DNA of 64,000 nucleotides from NCBI GenBank assembly GCA_000934665.2, contig JYFJ02001685.1:1-64000 (forward strand), given 5' to 3'. Positions 1 through 11,300 of this stretch are shown here, in pieces; within the stretch, counting starts at the first letter, position 1; every line of letters starts with the position of its first letter. This stretch comes from Catajapyx aquilonaris. Its lineage: Eukaryota. The notes under the pieces are model-generated. The model searched no databases. It was not told the origin of the DNA and worked only from the letters and a program-made list of their open reading frames with translations. Position numbers and translations under genes: made by a program.

Positions 1-103
1 CTTGCCTGACTTCCCTACATCCTGCACTCTACCATCAGTCACCATCCTCGGAACAATAGTCTACAGTCAATAAGAGAGGCCTAATATCAAAGAACAAGCT
101 TAC

Positions 104-3100
104 GAATAAGCAATCATGATTGTCCTGCACTCTGGGTGTCCAGGTAGCGACATACTGTAAATACTATCAGTCATAGTTCCAGGTGGCTGGATCCCGGTCT
201 TCTCTCCATAAATGACCATGCAGCTTGGACATTGCAAGTAGGAAACCTGTAAACAGGAAAAATGGATGTCACAAAAGCAAATGTCAACAATACCATTCAA
301 ACTAAGGGGCCGTCCACAGGGGTGGAAAAAGAACCGCTTCCTTCCAAGAAGCGCTTCTTTTTTCCATGTGCAGGGATGGAAAAAGAACCGCTTCCTCCCA
401 AAGAAGCGGTTCTTTTTCCATCCCTGGCCGTCCATAATCAATATTTTTCACTTTTTTACCTCCCCTCCTCCCCTTCGCAGACAGAAGGGGACAATATCTT
501 ACCTACCCCCCCCCCCCCCCCCCNGCACACAAATTTGACAAATTTGGTATATTTGACGGGTCTGACTAAAAAACGGCCAAGTCCTTCATATTAATTTGAC
601 GTTTATTGTCCACGCGTACAACATACTTCTACCCCCACTCCCCTGTACGGACAAAAGCGGACAAAGTGCAACTCCCCTCCCCCCCCCCACTTGTCCGCGC
701 AGATTATGGACGGCCCCTAAGCAGTCCTTTCGTAAAGACTCAAATAATTTCGGGAAAACCCTATCACATTTGGTAAAATTTTTACCCAGTCGTGTAATAT
801 TGTCTGGAACAATTTACCAAACAATAACATTGAAGGTTTTATAATATACCCTTCAATGTTATTGTTTGGTAAACCTGTAATAAATGCTCATGATAGCTAG
901 TTACTTGATTACCTTTCCTTCCTTGGCATTGTGCTGTACCAGTGACACGAGGCATGCAAAGTGAGTGAAATGCCCACATCCACTGAATACATAGGCCTGT
1001 CCATCCTGGTCTGCATCTGCATCAAACTCGCACATGCAAATGGGGCAGCACTGGTCTGATGTTGGGAGCTCCTGCGCTGGGGAACAGTAGCGGCGCACCA
1101 GGGGAGGTGCATTGGGTGGCGTAACATTCCTTTTGCGCTTTCCCCTGCTTGCTGGAGGTGCTTCTGCAGCTAATGAATGGCGTCCATTTGTGTTGCTCAT
1201 CCTAACCTGTGGTTCGTCAAGATCCATCAAGTTGTCCTTGGAATCCGAGTCCTGGCTGATGTAAGTGGACACTGTCTCTGAGCTACCTCGCCTTCTGCCT
1301 TTTCTCAGAGGGGACGGTTCTGGAATGTCATCACTGCGGCCAACAACTCGCTGAATGAAGTTTTGAAACACCTTCGTGGGACTACCAGTCTCCTTGCCCT
1401 TCTTCACACCCTTCTGTTTCGTCTTGGATTCTTTCGCCTTCCCTTTTGGCTTGGCTCCTGATGCAACTGCGGACAGATTTCACTCTATTAGTCGAGTCGA
1501 CATAAAACAGATTTACACACTAATTTGCACAGCATCGTGTTGCGCCATGAGAAAATATACATGTTCCGTGACAACAAAAAAGGTGATGCACGCTTGCTCT
1601 AGGTCTAGTGCCAACTAATACCATGATGCTCAAAGCAGCCACAGTTGCCTATTAGTGGTAAAACGCCTTCGAGCTTCCACATGTTTCAAATGACCAAGAC
1701 ACCCCTGGAGGTCATATATTATACAAAAAGGTTGTTAGATGATGTGGATCTGGACTTGTGGCCATGAATGTGATGCAAGGTCCTACAACCCATTGCAATG
1801 TTGCATCACCCTTCCTGTTTTTGCCCGCTTTGTTCACATGCAGCCGACATGACTCATAGGCATCAATTCACAACGATTTTTGCCACTATCTCCGCCCACA
1901 CACGTGCCCTCGTGTGAGCGGACCACATGGCGCGATCCTGTCCACCGATACTTTCCGGACAAGGTACAGTGCATCGTGTGATGCTACTCACTTGAGTCCT
2001 GTCTGTTTCCCCCCCAGGTGTATCAATCAATCTCCAAATGTATCGAACACGACCGTTGACACAAAGACTTCGTCCGCCGGATTCAAGCCAGCCAATGAAA
2101 TCCAAGTATGGAGAGGGGGTCTAAAGAAGCGCAGCTGCACCTAATCCGGACCCACCCCGTAGCTGCTTATCCGGTCGCCGCCTCGCCGAGGGGGAGGGGG
2201 GGGGGGGGGGGGGGTTTGNTTGAGATATAATATTTCTTCTGCATCCAATTTACTGCATGCATCATAAATCATGGTATTTCATATTTGCCAAGGTAACATA
2301 ACCCATATAAGTGGTATCATCAGATGTGGGAAGGTCTGGTCTACTCAAATAGATGCTAAATGCTTGTAAGTTTAGAAAATGTGACACAATTGCGTATCAA
2401 ACTTTGCACCATTTCTTATCTATTACTATAGGCACAACCAGAGGTGTAGAGGTTACTCGGTCGAACCCAGTTGAACCCAAAGAAGTTTTGGGTAGTTTTC
2501 ACAACCTCATCCACTAGCTGCAAGTTCTATCCACCTTTTATCAAAATGTGCGTCAAAAATCCTTGCAGTGTATCTGGAAGCTAAACCTGAGGGTATGCCC
2601 CTTGATGTTTTAGTGTGCTGTTGACTTCTCACTCATGGAAATCTGAATGAACTTTTCAGACTTTTACCCTACAAACACGGAAATCCATTTAGACTACATG
2701 TGAACTTCCAGCAAAGTTCACTGCCAAAATAACATACCCTCAGCTTAAGGACTTTGTACAAGCATTCCATTTAGGTGCAAGTACGCATAACGTGATAAAC
2801 TGATGATTGAGTAAGGACACCTGCGCTTTGAAAACTGCTTCTCATGTTTAGAAAATATGGTGCATTACCTGGCACTGGAACTGCCTCTTCTGGCTCCTCC
2901 TTGACAGTTGGGTATCTCGCCTGTTGTGAGAGGCGCCGGATGTTCCTCACAAAACCAGTCTGCTTGTTTACTTGCGTTAAGCTCTCAATAGAAATCCTAT
3001 ATGGGCAATCCGGAAAGTTCTTGCTAAGGTCCACTTCCTGATTTCCCTGTAAAGGACAGAAAAGGAAATTCATTTATCTTGCCTACTGGTTATAATTCAG

Positions 3101-4594
3101 GTGCAATATTAACTTTGCATCAGCATTGAGAATTACTGCAAGTGTTCATTGCACGCCCCTCAGAGAGAACGGTGTGCTAAACTTTGCATCATCTGAAGAT
3201 TAGGTACACTGACTGTGAGTGCTAACATCCGTTTGAAACAAAATCTAGGTTGTGAGGAGCTGCACAGATGTACTAACCTTCCCCCATTCATCCTCAATGA
3301 CGCACTGGATTGGCATCATGTACTCATGCCACACGCCCATTTGCTCTCCAGCCCACTCCCACTTGGCTCCATTAGCTGCCGGTGAGTCTGCTTTGTACAC
3401 CTTCCTGCGCACAGCATACAACTTTCCTGTAATTAAAGGAATGTATTAAAGTTAACATTTCATTAAAATTAATGTACACCACTTTTTAACGTTGCTCAGT
3501 TAGTTTTATGTCTTTGACATGCTTATTACAAACGTCGTCCATGCTTCAAATAACACAAAATGCCTTAAGACTAGCTTATTCAGTCAACACTTAATTTTAG
3601 AAAATACTATAATCATACGGAGTGAAACCTGATTACAGGAGAAACGTGCCTCATATGAAAGAATTTTGCACTCCCAGCACAAGAATGAATTCCCCGTTAC
3701 TTTTGAGTTTTGACAGATTTAGCAGAACACACCTGGCAATTGACATTTTTTGGTACTTTTCAGTTTCTTGAATGACACTATGGCTTTTATTCTGTCATAA
3801 CATGGAGATACCTGAGAGGTTAAGAATTATCATTATTATCCTCTTTGGGAGATATCATCATGCAGCAAATGGAGTACACAGTCAGTCCCAACAACAGGAC
3901 ACTCCCTTCTGTTAGTGAAGAACTTCTGGAATCTGTTGTTGACATTGGTTATTCCTTTTGTTGACTACAACAGAAGGGAGGCCATCCCAGTCAAAAGTTG
4001 GCGGCACCAATTTTGAGTCACGTCAAAGCACATGAAATGTATTTTCCCAGGTTAGTGTAGTATGACAGTGCAGAAACTTGCCTATTACATAAGATTTCAG
4101 TGCAACAGCGCAATTCAGCTTGAGTAGATCTATTAGCAATTAGCAAGAAGTCTGTTATATCCGGAGTCAACTGTATAACATATTGTTTCTTGGTAAAATT
4201 TTAAATTGGTTGGAGCCCACTGGGTGCAATATTGCGAGTGTGCCAAACTCGGACAGGAACATGTCGCTGCAATACAAGCCAATGACAATGTGTCCAATCC
4301 AGCCAAATCCTGACCTGCTCCGCTCTGCTGCATGGCCTGCAGATTGACACCGTACGGGGCCAGCATGGGATCGGTGTCATGCAGAAAGACCTGCGACAAC
4401 CCCTTCTGCTTCCCCCTCTCAAGGGCCTGGGCCACCTCGGGGCTGTATGGCCTCCACCGCCCGTCTTTCTCCCACTCCCACACCGCCACCCCTGGCCTGG
4501 GCGGAGGGTGGGCAGCCCCGCTGCCTCCGCTGGTGCTGGGCCCCGCACCAGATGACATCCCACTGGCGCCGTACCCAACCACTGCAGTTGCCAT
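104..4594 (-). CDS. dx: Deltex E3 ubiquitin ligase (WWE-WWE, RING-H2, start of Deltex C-terminal domain); 3' end lies beyond the left edge
   Basis: Exons 4594-4315, 3426-3278, 3046-2869, 1466-913, 246-104, all GT-AG with matching phases. WWE motifs VAVWEWEKDGRWRPYSPEVAQALE and KWEWAGEQMGVWHEY...TQVNKQTGFVRNIRR; RING-H2 CPIC...CGHFTHFAC...CPSC; DTC start YGEKTGIQPPGTM...SLPGHPECRTI. Confidence 0.95.
306..717. mobile_element. PIF/Harbinger-type (Tourist-like) MITE in deltex intron
   Basis: TIR GGGGCCGTCCATAAT...ATTATGGACGGCCCC (left TIR split by the 317-426 insertion); TAA on both flanks (303-305, 718-720). Confidence 0.8.
317..426. mobile_element. 110-bp hAT-like double-hairpin MITE, copy 1
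   Basis: Termini CAGGG(G/A)TGGAAAAAGAACCGCTTC...GAAGCGGTTCTTTTTCCATCCCTG; perfect 8-bp TSD GCCGTCCA (309-316, 427-434). Confidence 0.9.
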
Positions 4595-5386
4595 CTTGGC
4601 GCATTGGAAGCCACACGAACGGACACTGCAGAAGGATTCAGCGGGGGAGAAAAGGTCAGTCGTTTGGAATAACTGCGCCTCCTCCCGCCTCGTGGCGTCT
4701 GTCTTACCTTGACGATCCGCCATCTAGCGACAGGTGGCCGAAGGTGGTAACCAGGGAAACGGTCATTTTGTGCATGGCACCGATGCACCTCGAGAGTCGA
4801 GACATGTCCGAAGATGCGCCCGGTCGGGACCCACTGGGCCTGTGCCGCCTCGTCTAGCACCACGGGCATGATGGGGTCGGCCTCTTCTTGCATGTGTCGT
4901 CCGGGGGAGGTGGCCTGCCAGGCGCACCTGAGAGGGTAAGTTTCCATCGGGTGTTGTTTGAACGCGCGCCCTCCCTCCCCGTCCACATGGCCACCCGCGA
5001 CCAGCCCTTTTTTTTGCAATATTGATGAACCAGCAACCAGGCAATCGTTCGTTGCTTGGCTGGCTGGCTGGCTGGCTGGGCTGGCAATGGCGGAGAGTGC
5101 GGGACTACTAGTCGGGGGCAGGAGGCCCTTGAAAGACTGGTAGGCGTGTGGACAGGAGATGAGCCACCACCATCACCTGAGGAGGGAAGATATGATGACA
5201 TGTTTCAGGTGGCAGCCTGGAGGTTGTTACCTTGGTTTCGTGTTGAGGGAGAGTGAACTGGCATCCTCTGAGAGTGGTGGGGAGGTCAGAGTGCAGCAGA
5301 GGAAGAACCACGCCAGCAGATAGACGCTGTGAGTTGGGTGAAAGGGGTCCAGCTGCTCTCTCTGGCCAGGAGTGGTGTGCCTGCCC

Positions 5387-8300
5387 ATGGAATCGGACCT
5401 CAAGAGTGCCCAGAGTGCACTTGCCTATCTACAGCAGGAGCACACTGTGGTGCTCACCGGACTGCACGAGGAGATCAGGATCCTCCAGAGGAAATGCAAT
5501 GGTCAGTTTACTTCTTAGCTGCACAAACAGACAGACCTGACCATAATGCATTCTAGATGCCACTGCATTTGCAGAGGGATTTTTGTTGCTTGCATAGTCA
5601 ACATTTATTGCACTGTCATGATATCCAGGCATTCGGTGCACGAAACGCTGCCAAATAATAGGAATTCAAAGCAAATCTAAAGAGAGTGCAGCCTGAAGGG
5701 AATGCATAAGCCACCTGTCACAATTTATTGGCATCGAGTCATATTTCTCTGATACATCAAATTCAAATTTATTACACCACACAGTGAAACTTTCTTATGC
5801 AGGTGAAGATTCCACTTTACATTTAAGCAAAAATGAAATGAGGGATGTGGTGGAGGAACGTGACAACCCACAAAAGTGTAATTCTTCAGGAGAGTGAATA
5901 TTGAAGTTTGCACTCTCTTCACAAATCATAGGGAAGGCGGGTTTTGATCTAGTCTGTGTTGCCGTCTCGTGCATGATACATGAACCTGGAGTATACCAAA
6001 CGGTTTGTCATGTCTTTTACAATGTTGCTAGGTGTTCAGGTCAAAAATGAGGGTTGTCATGTTTTTCCACCACACCCCTCAAATGTCCCTCCAATATTAT
6101 GCCACAAAAAGACAAGTAGCTACAAATTGACGAAGAATTTGTACAACTGGTGGTTTCTAATTTTGGGCATGGCCATAAATAATGTAAACACTGAGTCAGA
6201 ACCTTGGGAAAACTTGGCAGACAATTTGATCACATGAGTGAGAGTATTGGATAAACCCAGGGATGGAAAAAGAACCGCTTCTTTGGGCGGTAAGCGGTTC
6301 TTTTTCTATCCCTGCACATGGAAAAAATAAGCTCTTCTTGGAAGGAAGCGGTACTTTTTCCATCCCTGGATAAACCTATACCATGCGCTATAAATCAAAA
6401 TTTTTTCGGATGTTACTATTACAGGATACTAATGTGCTAAGAAGATGCCTGGTGTTTTATATAATTTGAAGGAGGTAAAAAATGAAGAATCCATGACTTT
6501 ACTTCATTTGCACACTTTTCTAGCAGTGCAGTGCTCTTGAATATAAAGGGTGTTCCACTTAGAGCTGTAATAAAAGAAAAATCCATAACTTGCAAAGTAC
6601 AAGTTGTAATGGCAGAAGGTATGTGCCAGTGCAAAGAGCAGATCTGAAGTTTTTTTACATTCATAATACACTTCAACATGAACTCCTTGGTAGCACAGCC
6701 AATGTCCAACCAGAAGTCTGCCTTAACCTATGTGTTGAGAAGTATTTCTGGTGTCATGTTTTTGATTGCAGTGCACATTCTGTCCACATTATACACCTGT
6801 GTAGGGTACACCTTTATTTAACAAACCCCCACAGGATAAAGTCAAGTAGAATTAGGTCTGGTAATCTGGGGGGCCACGCAAATGAACATTGATCATCTCC
6901 CAATCCAGCCTGCAGTGGTCATTCAAGAATGTGCAGATGTCATTGGAAGTGAGGCAAGGCTCCATCTTGTTGAAAAATATATTGTTCCTTGAGGAAGCTG
7001 AAGCACAGGATATTTCTGTAACATTTTCGGGCATGTTAATCCAGTTTCCATGGCCTCCGAGAGAGAAAAGGGACCTGTTTTTGTACTTTGCATTTTGGAG
7101 AATCCCATACATATTAACTGTATTAAGTGCATTTGAGATATAATTTTTTTTACATATGCTCTTTGTATCGATACCAGCAGACACCTTCTGTCATTGCAAC
7201 TAGTACTTTGTAAGTTATAAATTCTTCTTTTATTATAGGTCTAAGCAGAACACCATGTGTGGCAAGTCTCTCAAAATGTGATACTTCAGGGTACTATTAG
7301 CAATAAGTGAAAACTGCTGAAGTCGTGTAACTTGTATTTTTTTATAATTACCTAATGCACTATAGGGCTTCGTACACCTGATATTGGCAGGGATCCTTCC
7401 ATAAAAGCTACAGCCCTTTCATGAATTTTTTGTACAGTGAAACATGTCCATAATGGACCCTGAGTATAGCGGAAACTTGTCCACTGTGGGATTATTTTCT
7501 GGGAACGGGCATAGGACACAATGATATGAATATAGTGCCAATAGCAGAAACCTGTCCATTATGGCAAATTTTACAGGTCCCATGCGATTAACACCACTCA
7601 CCAACTTAATGCAAATACAGGGTGTTCCAAGTTCATGGGTCGTTTTTAGTTATCACTAATATCGACTGAAGTAATTATTTCTGTGTAGCTTGTGCCCCTA
7701 TCCAGGTGCCTCAGTACAGTACTATCAGGTGGTCGAATATACCAGTTTCTATAGAATAGGGCACCTGGATCGAGGTGCAACAAGCTACAAAAAAATAACA
7801 GATTCTTTGAGTGTAATTTTCTATAACTACAAGGACTATCCTTGGAACACCCTGTATAATGCGAAAGTGAATAAAAAAGTAATTGCCGACTTTTAAAATT
7901 CCAAAGTGTCCCTGCAGAAACTCAAACTGACATACATGTATGAAAGGGCTAGTCTTTCTCTACTTGTCGACATAACCACCATACACATTGATACACTGTT
8001 CCCACCAGGACAATAATTTTTCCACGGCACTGCGGAAAAAAGGGTGAGTGGCTGACAGCCTCTTTTACTTCCTCGTTGTCACTGAAGTGTTGACATGCTA
8101 GGTGCTTCTTTATTGGTCCGAAGAGATGGTAAGGAAGCGAGTACGGTTTTGTGATGTATGAATGTTGGCATCATTGATATATTTGTTTGTAGAGGGAGTT
8201 TCTATGGTTTTTGGGAGTTATGATTGTTGAGGAAGTCGAGTGAAGGAGAGGTGATGATGTGAAGAGTGTGAAGAATGGGAAAAAACAAAGGGGGCGGAGA

Positions 8301-11300
8301 TAAGAGTAAGTCAGATTACTAATATTATTGGGGGGATGCTGGGGACTCGTGTAACAACCAAGGAGAGACTCCATCCTGCAGTCCGCTCACCCAAAAGGAA
8401 GGGTGCGCACTGAACCAGACAGACATTCTGTTACAGTTTGGAAATTTACAGATTCCCCTCCTCCAAAAAAATTCGTGGCTGCAGGCACTGCAGCATACAC
8501 AGCGAAAGTCATGGTCACAGTTTTTTTGGTGGTTCTAAGTGGATTTCCTTCCCAAAGACATCAATGCATCGGTAAACAAATCAATGACGTCAATGGCAAG
8601 TTAGCGTGGCCTGCCTAGGTCATGACATCTTGACCAACCTTTTTGCAGCAATTCATTGTAAGTGACCGGAAATGAGTATGACTCGTGTTGTTCTCCTCCA
8701 TGACAATGCTCTTCCTCACATAGAGCAGGCTGTGATGGGGAAGATTTAGGAATAGGGATGGGATATCATGCAGCACCAATCTTGCAGGCCTAATCTGGCC
8801 CCAAGTAATTACCGTCTCCTCTGGTGCAGAAGCACCTGGCCACTTAACACTTCATCAACAACAAGGAAGTGAAACAGGCTGTCCACCATTGTCTTTGCAG
8901 TCAGCCTGATCCGCAGTGGCATGGATAAACTAGTGATCTAGTGGGATCAGTGTCCTTTTGTTGGAAAGGTTTCCTCCTTTTCTTGTGTGAGGGCATCTGC
9001 ATGAAAATTTGAAGTGAGAGGTTCTAGAAGTGTATTTTCATTTATCTATTGACTACGTAAAACATGTAGAATTACATAACAGTTTCATTATTTTATTGTA
9101 AATGGAATTCAAAGTCACATATGTACTTCATTATGAACTAGTTCTTAGTAAACCCATTGCCCAATTGCCAAAACTGACTGTCTCCCACTTGGATGTAGTA
9201 TGATAGGGCAGTACAGTACCAGTTGGTGCATAGATGCTCCCTCTGCACACGACTAGTGCTGTCAGGCGCAAAGTAGTACTACGTGCAAGTTGGTGATGAG
9301 TCACAGCATGGACAAGGGCCTCAGTCTTGCCTCCGTTGAAGTGTGTCCCAAGTTGGGGCACACTTTTTTGGGACTCCCAGCCTCTCTGTCCCCTACATTT
9401 AGAGAATGAACCTGTTGTGTCCTGCCATTATTGAACGGGAAAGTGATATGATAACCATAAGACCGTGGTGATAGTTTATATGGTAACTACATCCACCTAA
9501 GAGGTAGGACCTAGGTGATGAGGCAACGCGTTTAGGGATGGAGTCACGTATAGCATATTCTGAATATGAGGAGGAGGATCATTCTGTTTGGTGAATTATT
9601 GTTATCCATGAAGAGAATTAATCTTCCTAGGTGAATTATTATTAGCCATGAGTAAGATTAATCTACTTGGTGAATTATTATAACCATAGGGAGGATTAAT
9701 CTGCTAGGTGAATTATTATCCATGAGGAGGGCCACTACTAGTGGAGAATAATTCACCTAGCGGATTAATCCTCCTCATGGATATTAATTCATCAAGGAGA
9801 TTAATCCTCCTCATGGATAATAATTTTGGCAACACTGCTTGGCCCACCCCCCAACGTGTACGTAGTACGTACAATAGGCCACTGCCAGTTGGTGCATAGG
9901 CATAGGCTCTCCCTCTGGCCACTTTGCCACTCTCAGGGAGAAAGTAGTACTGCATGCATGTTGGTAATGGGTAACTGTGTGGACAAAGGCCACCAGGCCT
10001 TTAGACTTCTTTCGCCGCTTACTACTTTCCCTGTTCAACAAGTAGAGGACAGAAGGGATATCTACGGAAAATACTACCTAGGCAATGAGTCAACTTGTTT
10101 ATAGGGTGGTGTCACACATATCAATTCTGTATAATTATGATTTTTTCCAATCTTGGGTCTTCTCAAGTGAATTCTGAGACAATCTTCACTGTACCATGTG
10201 AATATTTTTGGTTGATATGCCCTCATTAAGAGTTGTACTGTACACACTTGGTAAAAATTTCAGTGAGTTTTAGTTAAGTAAGTGATAGAAAGGCTTCCTT
10301 TTGTACTGTGACGGTAGCAAGTCAGTTGCAATGACAAATCAGTGTGTGGCATGCTATACAGGCTACTAGACTTGCGATGAAAGAATAATCATGCATTGTG
10401 AGGTAATTTAGTCTTCAGACATGCAATCCTGGGGATTTTTCTAGAGCAAAAATCTGTAGAACTGACAGGTGCAGGAAATGCATTCCTATGGGTGTTTTCT
10501 CATGTTTGACCATTGAAGGTGCCGGTCTGTGCATGGCACCGGAGCACATGCCATGTTGACCCGTTGCTGTCAAAAAAAATGGGTCATTCTCAGAATATAC
10601 GTCCTTTTAAAATCAACACCTTTCCTTGAACTATTGACCTGTAAGCCTTAAAACCGACATTGAAACCCCCTCACTAGCTGTCATGTTTTGAGGGATCTAT
10701 TTTGAGCCGTGATAGATGAGAGTAAGGGAGCCTTGCAGGGAACATCCAATTAAACGATCTAAACATGGCGAATAGGGATCACTAGTGGCCGGGTATTAGC
10801 CCAATCAATATATAGAGCCCATGCCAGGATGTGTGAGGCACCACATGCAATCTAGGCCCACTTCCCAAATTGTGTTTGCTGCCACTTTTTTCTCCTGATA
10901 AGGTGCTTTTATTGCTGGAAACACCTTGCCCTTTTCTGCTGCAGTTTAACTTGCATAAGGCTGTCACTTGGACTAAGTTTTAACTGCCTTTTCAAATCAA
11001 AACAGCTGAAGTGTGAGGTACTTAATTTTCCACAATTGAGACAGATGGCTGTTATCGTAGCGGTCAGAGTTCTGTGATGTGGGCGTAGGAACTAAATTTC
11101 CAGTTCGTATGCAGCATGGAACAATCAGCTGTGCCTAGCACTGCCAGGTTTGATTCGTAGTCTTGTAGGTCACAAGGGAACGTAGTCATGCAATCATCTG
11201 TCTTCAAAATGCATTGAACTTCAAAGGGTAGCTGACTTGCTCCCACCTTTTTAAGCTTCTGGATTTTTCTTTCTGGATCTGCATGGAATAGGCAACACCG

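Noticed and set aside
4201..5019. 272-aa minus-strand ORF and overlapping GC-rich ORFs
   Set aside because: They are alternate frames across the deltex first exon and promoter island, with no recognisable domain; low stop frequency is expected in GC-rich DNA.
9589..9826. CRISPR-like array
   Set aside because: Units are contiguous and degenerate with no unique spacers, there are no cas genes, and the context is a eukaryotic intron.
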